Part shown: piece after piece, positions 33,806 to 45,600 of the stretch
How the letters are laid out: every line of letters starts with the position of its first letter
Numbering within the stretch: position 1 is the stretch's first letter
Origin: a virus
Lineage: Duplodnaviria; Caudoviricetes
Strand: one strand, 5' to 3'
IMG/VR virus record: IMGVR_UViG_3300013426_000018
Span: 64,001-128,000 of that record
Length of the DNA stretch: 64,000 nucleotides
The notes under the pieces: model-generated
The model's input: the letters and a program-made list of their open reading frames with translations, nothing else
What the model was told of the DNA's origin: nothing
Database searches by the model: none
Translations under genes and position numbers: made by a program

Positions 33806-35401
33806 ATGAACAATTTTATGAATGGTATGAAGCAGGCTACTAATTTTGGATATACCGCTAATGGCGGTCTTCAGCATAACCATCTTGCCGGTGCAGTATA
33901 TGAAATGTACGCTAAGTGCGGAGCTTATAGACAGCGTAGTGACGAAGATTGTATTTTTGCTTTCAAGCAGGCTTTTGATGAGGATGAGGAACTCGCCATG
34001 AAATGTCTGTTTTACCTTCGGGATGTATGTGAAGGGGCAGGGGAAAGACGCTTCTTTCGCGTATGCTATCATTGGTTGGCTACTAAGCATCCTGACGCAG
34101 CTCTCCGCAATCTAAAGTATATTCCTACCTATGGAAGATTCGATGATGTTTTTTCTGTCGTAGGCACTTCTCTAGAAGATAACGCTTTTGCCCTGATTAA
34201 GCATCAGTTGGCTATGGACGCAAAGGATGTTATGACTCCCAATGGGGCTATCTCTCTGTGCGCTAAGTGGGCTCCTAGTTGTAATACTAGCTCTCAGAAG
34301 ACTCGTGCGTTGGCTACTAAGCTGCGTAAGTATATGGGATTTAGCGAAAAACAGTATCGAAAGTTGCTAAGCACTTTGCGTAAGCGTATTAATGTTCTTG
34401 AGCGTCTTATGAGTGCTAATGAATGGGATAAGATCGATTTCTCAGCTATTCCTTCTCAGGCAGGTATTAAGTATCGCAAGGCATTTATCAGACACGATTT
34501 GGAACGTAAGAAGGCTGACCCCAAGGCAGTTACTTATGAAGAGTTCGTTAAGGACGATTCTACTAAAGTAAATGCTGGGGCAATGGCTCCTTACGAAGTT
34601 GTCCATAAGGCAGTTGATTATTTGCGTAAGAATTATACTTCTAAGTATGATTATAATACTAACACGCATACTTTTTATACTTCAAAGAGTATGGATGATA
34701 CTGAACGTCTTGCTATTAACAAGTATTGGGATAATTTGGCTGATTATTTCAAGGATGCTACTTTTAATGGCATTTGTGTTGTTGATACTTCTGGTTCTAT
34801 GACCTGTGGTCGTGGGGCTGCCACTCCTATTGATGTAGCTATCTCACTGGGTCTGTATTGTGCTGAACGCAATCATGGGCCTTTCGCTAATCACTATATC
34901 AGTTTTGCCTCTCGTCCTCAGATGATTGAGACTTCTGGCATTGATTTTGTTGATAAGGTTCTGCGTATTTACAAGACTAACCTTGTTGATAATACTAATC
35001 TTGAAGCTGTCTTTAATCTGATGCTACAAACTGCTATCGATAATAATTGTTCTCAGGACGAAATTCCTCAGACGGTTCTTGTTATTAGTGATATGCAAGT
35101 TGATTCAGCTGTAACTTTTGGTATGGGTTATGGCTGGGGTAGTTATGGTAATAAATCTGGTCAGATCCGCACTATGATGGAAAAGATGCGTGAACGATGG
35201 GCTGCTAGAGGATATCAGATGCCTAAAATCGTATATTGGAATGTTAATGCGAGCCAGGACACATTCCTTGACGATGGCCCTGATGTTACTTACGTTAGTG
35301 GAGCTTCCGCAACGGTCTTCAAGCAGGTTCTCACCGGGAAAAGTGGATATGATCTTATGATATCTACGCTGTCTAGTGACCGCTATAAGGATATCCATTA
35401 A
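33806..35401 (+). CDS. DUF2828-family protein with C-terminal vWA domain
   Basis: TANGG, FYLRD..G.GERR, YGRFDD, AKWAPS, VVDTSGSM (MIDAS), ISDMQ, IVYWNV motifs. Confidence 0.85.
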   Translation: MNNFMNGMKQATNFGYTANGGLQHNHLAGAVYEMYAKCGAYRQRSDEDCIFAFKQAFDEDEELAMKCLFYLRDVCEGAGERRFFRVCYHWLATKHPDAALRNLKYIPTYGRFDDVFSVVGTSLEDNAFALIKHQLAMDAKDVMTPNGAISLCAKWAPSCNTSSQKTRALATKLRKYMGFSEKQYRKLLSTLRKRINVLERLMSANEWDKIDFSAIPSQAGIKYRKAFIRHDLERKKADPKAVTYEEFVKDDSTKVNAGAMAPYEVVHKAVDYLRKNYTSKYDYNTNTHTFYTSKSMDDTERLAINKYWDNLADYFKDATFNGICVVDTSGSMTCGRGAATPIDVAISLGLYCAERNHGPFANHYISFASRPQMIETSGIDFVDKVLRIYKTNLVDNTNLEAVFNLMLQTAIDNNCSQDEIPQTVLVISDMQVDSAVTFGMGYGWGSYGNKSGQIRTMMEKMRERWAARGYQMPKIVYWNVNASQDTFLDDGPDVTYVSGASATVFKQVLTGKSGYDLMISTLSSDRYKDIH

Positions 35402-35761
35402 TAACTTTTAGGAGAAGGCTTTTGCTTTCTCCTAAAATTTTTGGTATAATAACAAAAAGGGCAAGATAAATAAAATAGTGCCCTTTCTTTTTTATTTTTT
35501 ATAAAGAGAGAAAGGAGAATAATTGTATTCTATACTATTTTATTGCGGGAATGCTCTTTATTTATTTTGTAATTCCCCTCTCTGAAAATATTTTATCTTT
35601 TTTAGGGGCTTGGTTAAAATACCAAGAAACTAGATTTAGCACAGAAACTTATAAAATTAGCAAAAGAGCCTAGAAAGAAGTAGAAGAAAGCTCTTCTATT
35701 CACGCAATTGGCTTTACTTATACCGATGAAGAAGAAACTCCAGAAGAAGAGGATGAAGAAG

Positions 35762-37003
35762 ATGACTCATAAATTTTATGATACTTGTAGTTTGTTATTA
35801 AAAGCTGGGCACGTTTTTGATGAAGAAGATACTACTTTAGTAATTTCTTCTATTACTTTAGAAGAACTCGAGAATATTAAAACATCCAGTAGAAAAGATA
35901 ATAATGTTAAATTTGCGGCCCGCAAATTAACACATGAATTAGATGAACATTTTGGTGAATTTGAAACTATTATTTATGTTCCTTCTCTTTTGGAAGAACC
36001 TAATTTTGATTAGTATGAACCTACTAATGATTTAAAAATTATTGCTTGTGCCAATGTAGCAAATGAGCTATGGGAAGATTTAATTTTTATAACTAATGAT
36101 TTATGCTGTAAAAATTTAGCTTTAATGCTTCTAAAGTGCCCAATAGAGAAATATGTACTAGACGCGCCAGATTATACTGGTTATAAAGTAGTATCTTTAA
36201 CAGAAGAACAATTATTAGAATTTTATGAGAATACTACAAAAAATTTCTATAATTTATATATTGGTCAATATTTAATTCTAAAAGATTTGGATGGTAATAC
36301 TTTGGATGTCCGATGTTGGACCGGAGAAAATCATCGTTATATAAATACTAAACCAATAGATTCAAAATGGTTTGGTAAAATTTCCCCTTATAATGGAGAT
36401 ATTCTTTAGAAATTAGCTATTGATAGCCTTTATAATAATCAATTAACTGTTTTACGAGGCCCCGCAGGCACAGGAAAGTCAATGCTTGGATTATCTTTTT
36501 TATTCTCTCAGTTGGAACGTCATATAATTGATAGAATTTATATTTTTTGTAATCCAGTAGCAACTAAAGATGCGGCCAAACTTGGATTTTATCCAGGAGA
36601 TAAGAATATGAAACTATTAGATTCTCAAGTAGGTAACTTTTTAGTTGGTAAGCTTGGTGATTATACTGCGGTAGAAAGACTTGTTACCGATGGGTAGATT
36701 GTTTTAATTCCTGCAGCCGATTGCCGAGGAATGGATATAACTAATAATAGTGGAGTTTATATTACAGAAGCTTAGAACTCTACTATTGATATGATGAAAT
36801 TAATGGTTTAGCGTATTGGCGAAAATACTAAATGTGTAATTGAGGGCGATGATAAAACTTAGGTAGATTTAATTTCTTATGAAGGAACTAATAATGGTCT
36901 ATCAAGATTATCAGAAGTTTTTAAGGGACAACCTTATTATGGAGAAATAACTCTATCTAATTGTTATCGTTCTAAATTAGCTAAACAAGCTGAATTAATG
37001 TAA
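35762..37003 (+). CDS. phoH: PIN-PhoH family ATPase (code 15)
   Basis: YDTCSL PIN start, GPAGTGKS, LGFYPG, TEA(Q)N, EGDDKT(Q)VD with TAG=Gln. Confidence 0.9.
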
Positions 37004-37056
37004 AAGGAGTAGTATTTTTACTACTCCTTTTTTAAAATATGTAAGGAGTACTTATA

Positions 37057-37840
37057 ATGGAAAAAGAATGGTGTGTTTATGTTCATATCTCTCCAAGTAA
37101 TAAATATTATGTTGGAATTACATGCTAGAAGCCAGAGCTTCGTTGGAGAAAAAATGGAACTGGATATTTTTATTAGGAAAATGAACATTTTGAAAGAGCA
37201 ATTACAAAATACGGATGGGATAATTTTTAGCATGAAATCATAGCAAGTCATTTAACTGAAGTTGAAGCTAAAAATTTTGAAAAACTATTGATAAAAAATT
37301 GAAATCAAATAATCCAAATTATGGATATAATAAAACTGCTGGGGAGATGGCTTCCTAGGAGTTCAACGTTTTGGTGAATCTAATTCTTTCTATGGAAAAC
37401 ACCATTCTGAAGCAACTAAAAAAATTATATCAGAAACTCTTGGAAAACTAGTGTGTCAATTTGATTTAAATTATAACTTTATTAAGAAATTTAATAGTAT
37501 AGCAGAAGCTTCTCGACAAACGAATATCCCAGCATCAGATATTTCATTTGTAATATCTGGGAGAAACAAAACCTCCCATGGATTCATTTGGATTACTCAA
37601 GAGGCAATTGATAATTTATCTTTAGAATAGATTATTGAAGAAAGAAAGAAAAAATTTCCTGAAAAAGTTAAAAAGCAAGTATATTAGTTTGATTTAAATA
37701 AAAATTTAATTAAAGTTTATGACAGTAGAGTTGATGCTGGAAAAGCTATAGGTGTTACTCCACAAGCAATAGGAAGTGCTTGCCAAAGCAAAAGTCATTA
37801 GTCCAAAGGATTTTTATGGTCATTTGAAAAGGAGATTTAA
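37057..37840 (+). mobile_element. GIY-YIG/NUMOD1 homing-endonuclease-like gene, frameshift near 37280
   Basis: WCVYVH...YYVGIT, KYGWDNF(Q)HE, GYNKTAGG, NUMOD1-like repeats. Confidence 0.65.
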
Positions 37841-37842
37841 AA

Positions 37843-39213
37843 ATGTCAGATATTGAAAATGAAGTATATAATTTTTTAAAAAATAAAAATTTTACATTAT
37901 CTGGTATCGCTGGGATTTTAGGTAATGCTAATGCTGAAAGTAACGTAAAATCAACTTGTTTAGAAGATATTGGAAAACAATAGCTAAAAATGACTGATTA
38001 GGAATATGCTTTTAAAGTTGATAATGGAACATATACTAATTTTATTTATGATGGATATGGATGGGGGATCTTCTAGTGGACTTGGTACGCGCGTAAAAAA
38101 GCATTGCTCAATTTTTGTAAACAAAAAAATAAGTCAATTGGAGACTTATCCACACAATTAGAATTTTTTGTGAAAGAGCTATAGTAGAGCTTCTCCAGTG
38201 TGTATAAAACATTAATCACATCCAATGATGTAAAAGAATGCTCTGACGCAATGCTTTTTAAATTTGAAGCACCTGCGGCCGCAAATTCCAAAAGCCAGCA
38301 AAGATATAATATGTCAATGGTTTATTATAATAGATTCACGAAAGGAGAGAAAACTATGGGAACAAATACTTATCCAAAAGGCATAAAAAAATAGTTGAGC
38401 AAATATTTTAACTCAACTGAATTTGATTGTCATGGTTCAGGTTGTTGTTCAATGACTTTAATTAATTCAAAATTAGTAGAATATCTAGATAAAATAAGGG
38501 AACATTTTAATGCTCCTGTTACTATTTCTAGTGGATATAGATGTGCTATTCATAATAAAAATGTAGGTGGAGCTACCGGGTCACGCCATAATAAGGGTGA
38601 CGCTGCTGACATTGTTGTAAAAGGACATAGCCCACGAGAAGTAGCACAATATGCAGAAAGTATTGGAATTAAAGGCATTGGCCTATATGAAACCGCAAAA
38701 GACGGCTATTTTGTCCATATTGATACCCGTAACTATAAATCTTTCTGGTATGGACAAGCTCAAGTTGCTAAAACTACTTTTGGCTCTAGCTCTAGCTCTT
38801 CTACAGGAATATCTACTACTAAAAGTTACTTATCAATAGGAGATACCGGGAGCCGAGTTAAAAGCTTATAGCAATCTTTAATTAAATTAGGTTATTTAGC
38901 TTCTGGAGAAGATGATGGCATTTATGGAAATAATACTGCTAATGCAGTTAAAACATTCCAAAAGAAGCAGAATCTTGTGGCAGATGGCTATGCTGGGCAA
39001 AATACCTTAAATGCTATTGCTAAGTTAGATAAAACCTCTGGGGCAAAAGCTGTTACAGTAACCGCAAATGTTTTAAATGTACGGACTGGCCCAGGAGCTC
39101 AATACCCAATTATAGACAGAATATCTAAAGGAGCCTCGTATTAGTTATTGGAAGAACAAAATGGATGGGGCCGGATTCCTAAGGGTTGGGTGAGCATGGA
39201 ATATGTCTCTTAA
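37843..39213 (+). CDS. Modular endolysin: tail-lysozyme-like + peptidase M15 + PG-binding + SH3 (8 TAG)
   Basis: GNANAES and GIF(Q)WT; SSGYRC..HN, SRH..G.AAD, FVHID; DGIYG.NTANAVKTFQ; LNVRTGPG; single frame with TAG=Gln. Confidence 0.85.
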
Positions 39214-39505
39214 AAGGAAAAAGAAAAAGAAAAATGAATTTTCCAAAAGTCTTTTAATTTAGGAAAGTATTCTAGTTTGGATAGTTACAATTAGTTGTTT
39301 ATCTTTTTGTTATATGTGTATAAGTCGAGGGAGCTTTATTGAATTGCCTTGGCTTTCCGTATTAATAGGTTCTGTTTGGGGTGCATATGGAGTATCTCAA
39401 GCATTCTATTATAAAAAGAGTGAAAAAGAAAATACTAAAGATGGTATTACTTATTTAAAAGCTCAAAAAGCTTTTCTCGCAGAAGATGAATCTGCTGTTG
39501 GATAA
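39203..39505 (+). CDS. Holin candidate (2 TM, 1 TAG)
   Basis: Basic N-terminus, two hydrophobic helices, overlaps the endolysin stop. Confidence 0.5.
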
Positions 39506-39709
39506 TTAATTTCCCTGATTATTTTTATTAATCAGGGAAATTTTTGTTTTTTATTAAAAATTATTATATAATATAACTATAAAGGAAAATTATATTCTAA
39601 TGACTACAAATAGATTATACCTTAAAATTTTTGGAAAGTCAAGAAATTTGAAATTAAAGAAAAATTTTGGTATAATATTAAAGAGTGAAAAAAAGGAGAT
39701 TTCAGTGTA

Positions 39710-40510
39710 TTGGGAAAATTTATAGATTTAACAGGTAAATAGTTTGGAAAATTAACTGTCATTGAACGAGATTATAACTATGCTAGTGAGCATAATTTAA
39801 AAAGTAATGGAGTCTTTTGGAAGTGCCAATGCATTTGTGGCGGTAAAAAAAAGACTTCTGCTAAATCTTTAAAAAGTGAAACAAAAATTTCTTGCGGTTG
39901 TGTTCCAAAAACAATGATAACTGAACTAGGGAAAAATGCACTCAAAGATTTAACTGGGAAAAAATTTGGTAAGTTAACAGTTGTAAATCGTAATCTATCA
40001 TATGCGGTTGAAAATAATATTGTTAGTAAACATACTTATTGGAATTGTGTTTGTGATTGCGGTGGAAAAATTACTGTTTTAGGAGCATCGTTAAAACAAG
40101 GATTAACTACATCTTGCGGATGCATATCTTCTTTGGGTGAGGAAAAAATAAGAAATATTTTAATAAATAATAATATTAATTTTGAAGCATAGAAAACTTT
40201 CCCAGATCTTCGGGCTAATAACATCTGGTTTTATCGTTATGATTTTTATTTGCCCGACTATAATCGACTTATTGAATTTGATGGAGAACAACACTATTCT
40301 TACTCTGGTAAAGGATGGAATACTGAAGAATATTTTAAAAAAGTTCAATATTCTGATTAGATAAAAAATGAATATGCTTTATCTAATCATATAGATTTAA
40401 TTCGTATACCATACTGGGAACGAAATAATATTACTTTAACGATGTTATTAGAAAATAAATATTTAATCAAAGAGGTTAATAATGAAGAGTAGTCAGAATT
40501 TATATACTAA
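39710..40510 (+). mobile_element. Free-standing homing-endonuclease-like gene (code 15)
   Basis: DLTGK.FGKLTV/WKCQC repeats; RYDFYL...LIEFDGEQH; paralogue of the genes at 9483 and 17630. Confidence 0.7.
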
Positions 40511-42596
40511 AGATTCTATTCAATCATTGAGTCCATTGGAATTTGTCAGGTTACGACCTTCTGTCTATTGCGGTAGTACAGAATATTCTACTCAATTATT
40601 GACTGAATTATTTGCCAATTCGACAGATGAATTTCAAATTGGAAATGCTCATACTATTATTATCAATTCCCTTCCTAATTACACCTATGAATTAAGTGAT
40701 GATGGACAAGGAATCTTACCTAATGTTTTACGAGAAGATGGAAAAACAATTTTTGAAGCAGTCCTAGGGCAGCTTAATACTAGTGGCAAATATAATGCCG
40801 ATGGAGTATACGAGGGGAGTTCTATTGGGGTCAATGGGATAGGGCTAAAGCTCGTCACTTTTTTAAGCCATTGGGTAGAAGGCCTTACATGGCGAGATGG
40901 AAAGTATGAGCGGGTTTGGTTCAAAGAAGGAGAGTTTGAAAAAAGAGAAACTGGTGAATGGACAGAAAAAAATAACCCTCATGGTACAAAAATTATTTGG
41001 CAGCCTAATGAAGAATTTTTTGTTCATCCAGAAGTTGAAGATAATAAAGTTAAAGAATTAATTCAATCAACTGTTTGCCTTTGTCAAGGTTTAACCGTTA
41101 AGTTTAATAATGAAACTTATTTTTCTTCTAATGGCATTGATGATTTAATTGATAGCAAAGATGAAATTCTAAAGAATCGTTTACGAATTAAATATCAAAA
41201 TGGTAAACACAAATTAGATTTAAGTTTAACTTATACTAGTTCGTATTCTTCTTCCATCATTTCATATGTAAATACTGGATTCACTACATCAGGTCCTCAT
41301 ATAACTCAAATAAAAACAATTCTTACTCGAGAAATGAATAAATTCTTTAGAGAAAAAAAATGGTTAAAAGATAAAGACGAGAATCTTTCTGGCGATGATT
41401 GTCAAGAGGGGTTGAGATTAGTTTTTCATTTAATCACAACTGATATTGGGTATGATGGACAGTTAAAAGATAGAATTGTCAAACTTGACATGACGCCTTT
41501 TACTGCTGTAATTTCAGAGGAATTACAAAATTGGCTAAATAACAATGAAAAAGCTGTCAAAGTAATTGCAGATAAAGCAATTAATGCTCGTAAGGCAAGA
41601 GAAGCTGCTAAAAAAGCTCGTGAAGCTGCTCGACAGCCAAAAGAAAAAGGCTTAAAGGCAAAATTAGCTTTAAGCACTAAGTTCACAGACTGTATTAGTA
41701 AGGATCCTAAAAAGAGAAACTTGCTGTTAGTTGAGGGAACTTCGGCCGCTAGCTCGGCGATAGAGGCTCGCAACACGCGCACAGATTGTATCTATCAGTT
41801 GCGAGGGAAGATCATTAGCCCGCTCAAAACGGATGTCTCAAAGATCCTACAGAATCAAGAAATGAGCGATATTATTCGAGTGATAGGTGCGGGATTTGGG
41901 AAAGATTTTGATGTCTCAAAGATGAATTTTAATAAGGTCGTGATCACAAGCGATCAAGACTCGGATGGCTTCGACATCGAGTTGCTCCTTTTGACATTCT
42001 TTTACACTTATATGCGTCCATTGGTGGAAGCTGGTAAGTTATATCGAGCAGTAACTCCTCTTTATATTATTCGCCAAAAGGATAAAGAATATTATTGTTA
42101 CAGTGATAGTGAATTAGAAGAATGGAAAAAATCTCATTCTGGTAAATATGATTTACTTAGAGCAAAAGGGTAAGAAAATGCGTCTGGCCCTTATCTTTTT
42201 AACCAGTTTATCGCTGGGGTTTGCTTAATAGCAAGCTAACGAGGTAGTCTTAAATAGATAATCTCGTGAGAACTTGTATAAAAATATGAGTTTTCGTATC
42301 GACTATCTCCTTTGTCGGAGAGTAAGATTGCTATTGATATGCAATTTGAAACATTAGATTGGTGAAAACCAAAAGAAATAGTCAGCTCTATTAGAAATAA
42401 TAGAATCAGTGTAGGCGAACTCAATGCAGAAGACCTTCAAAGAGTTTGTTTTATGAATGAACGATATAAACGAATTACTATTAGTGATATTGAAAAAACT
42501 ACTGAACTTTTAAATATTCTTCAAGGGCCTTCTGTTGAGCCTAGAAAGAAATATATTTATGAAAATGCTAAAGACCTTGGCTTTGAATTTGATTGA
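40482..42596 (+). CDS. gyrB: Type II topoisomerase B subunit; exons 40482-42171 and 42412-42596
   Basis: GHKL motifs, VEGTSA, LRGKI, DQDSDG; splicing restores AKGLGELN. Confidence 0.9.
42172..42411 (+). mobile_element. Group I intron in gyrB (no ORF)
   Basis: U|...G| boundaries restore KGLGE; GACTAT/ATAGTC P7. Confidence 0.85.
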
Positions 42597-42607
42597 GAGG
42601 AGAAAGT

Positions 42608-45600
42608 ATGGAACAAAAGTCTTATATTACAGAAGTGGATGCACTAGATGAAGCAAAAGAATGTTTCTTAACTTATAGTGCGGAAGTTCTTACTGATAGA
42701 GCAATTCCAGCTGCTGAGGATGGTTTGCTTAGCTCTCAAAGAAAAATTCTTTGGACAATGAGCGATTTTCTTGGAATGGATTCAAAAGGTAAAACTAAAA
42801 AGTGTAATGCTCTTATAGGATCAACCCTCGCTACCTCATACTATCACGGAGATCAAGCATGTTATGGTGTTCTTTGTAAAATGTCTCAAAAGTATCTTAT
42901 GAGATATCCTCTTATCCATGGCCAAGGATCCCTTGGAACCCAAGAAGATAATGATCTCGTCGCTAGTTCGAGATATTGTATGACTGGAGATACTTTAATT
43001 CCTACTTCACAAGGTACAATTCAGTTACAAGATATTATTCCAAACTCTAACCTATCAGAAGAATATGATATTAATTTGGATGTCTTAGGATTTGATGGAC
43101 AAATTCATCATGCTTCTAAATTATTTAATAGCGGAAAATGGCCAGTGTTAAAAATTACTCTTGCTAATGGAATGTTTATTACAGTAACTGAAAATCATCC
43201 ATTAATGGTTTTAAATGATGATTTAAATTTAGTATGGAAATTGGCAGGACAATTAACGACAGAAGATAAAGTTTTATTATTAGTGCCGGATAATAGTCCA
43301 GTTACAGGTCATCATAATGATTACCTTGAAGCCGCAATGTTGGGAGCTATGATCTCTGAAGGCTATGCCACTACTCAAAATAAGATTGGTATTAATAATA
43401 AAGACCTAGAAATGATTGAACCAGTTGTTGAATATGTCCTTCGAGAATTACCTACTTGTAAAGCTTCGATCTGTGAAAATAAAAAAAGAGGTTATTACGA
43501 ATTTTGTTTTACTGATAAATATTTTTATCCTCAATTTATTAAAGAATTTGAATTTGAGAAGTCATTAACAAAACATTTACCATTACAATACTTTAAAGGA
43601 AATCCATCTTACAAAGCTACTCTTTTAAGTTATTTATTTGAAGGAGATGGCTCAGTTGATTCAGAACGTGGTATCACTTATTCTTCTATTAGCGAAACTT
43701 TAATTCATCAATTGCAAGTATCTTTATTACAAGATTTTGGTATTGTATCTAATATCGTTAGAGCAAAAAAAAGGAATGAAATAAAATTACATATTAATAA
43801 TGTTTATGCTGAAACGTTTAAAAATAAAATAAATTTTGTATCAGAGAGAAAACAAAAAACATTAAATGATCTAGTTATTAAAATAAATAATCAAAATACT
43901 ATTGCTAATGGAAATTTTTGTAATATTTATAAGGTTACACAATATATTCGTAATCATTATAAAGGAAAATATTTTAGAAGTCATGGATTTAGTAATAAGA
44001 AGTCTTATAAACAAGCTAAAGACTATATTTCACAACAAGATTACGAAAAGATTAGTAATTTAATTGAAAATTATGTTGAAATTAAAGTAGCAAGTATCGA
44101 GCCACAATCTAATGAAGAAATAGTATATTCTTTAAAAATTGATGATGAAAGTCATGCTTATATTGGAAATGGTTTTATTAATCATAACACTGAAGCGAAG
44201 CCTTCTATTTACACAGACTTAATGATGCTTGATTATAAAAAGAAACCGGTTCCAACAAAGGAGACTTATAATGGTGAATATATGGAACCAGTTGTACTAC
44301 CTTCTCTTTTTCCAAATGCCATTTGTAATGGAAGACAAGCTATTGGTATTTCTATGTCTCATAATTCTGTACCTAATAATTTACGGGAAACTTGTGATGC
44401 TATTATTGCTTATATTAAGAATCCTGAATTAACGATTGATGATATAATGCAATATATGAAAGGTCCTGATTTTCCTCTTGGCAATGTAATTATTAATCAA
44501 AAGGACATTAAGCAGGCATATGCTACTGGTAAATCTCAAACTTCTTTAAAGGTAAGAGGAGATTATGAAATTGATGGTGATAAAATTATTTTTACCACTA
44601 TTCCATATAGGACTTATCGTAATAAAATCAAAGAGCAACTTGAAAAAAATGTTGATGCTTTTGAAAAAGTTCTTGACGATTTTAATGATGAATCTAACAT
44701 TGGTAATAACAGATTAGTATTTTTTGCTAAACCTGGCCAAACCAAGATTCTGTTAAATAAACTATTTACTTTAACAGACTTACAAACTTCAATTTCTTTT
44801 AATATGAATTACATTGTCAATGGCACTCCTAAGCTTTGTTCTATTAAAGACTTAATTAAAGCTTATGTAATTCACCAAAATAATGTAATGATTAATATCG
44901 CAAAGACAGACCTTTCTAAGGCCGAAACTCGTAAACATACCCTTGAGGGTCTTCTTATCGCAATTAAAGATATCGATACAGCTATCCAGCTTATTAAAAA
45001 TTCTTTAGATAAAAATGAAGCTTGTAAAAAGTTAATGGAGCATTTTAATATTACAGAAGCTCAAGCTAGTGCTATTCTTGATATGAAATTAGCTAAATTA
45101 ACTAAACTTGACAAAGACGATTTACTTAAAGAGTTAGAAGAATTGCGGCAAGCTATTCTTAAGTACCAAAAGGTTATTGATGATCAATCTTATAGAGATT
45201 CTCAGCTTATTGAAAAAGTGACTTGGTTGCGTGATAAATATGGTGATGATCGCCGTACCAAAATCATGCAAATTGAAGACACTCCAAAAGAAGAGAAAGA
45301 AATTGCTAATGTAGAACCTGAAAAGTGTGTTGTTATTTCTACTGTTTCTGGGAACATCAAACGCATTCCCACTACTTCTTTTAAAACCCAAAAAAGAAAT
45401 GGTAAAGGAGTAAAAACACAAGATGATATTACCGACACAATCATTAAAACTAATACCATTGATTCTCTCTTAATCTTTAGTAATAAGGGTAATGTCTATC
45501 GCTTACTCGTAAATGATATTCCAGAAGGAACAAATGCGAGTAAAGGCCAACCAATTACTTCTTTAATCGAGATGCTCCCCGGCGAGAAGCCCACTATTAT

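Noticed and set aside
7030-37300. Frameshifts near 7080, 9495, 14950, 21937 and 37280 as programmed frameshifting
   Set aside because: No shared stimulatory signal seen; decay or assembly error cannot be excluded without reads
35762-39213. PhoH, endolysin and others as nonsense-mutated pseudogenes
   Set aside because: All interruptions are TAG, several at conserved Gln positions; recoding explains them
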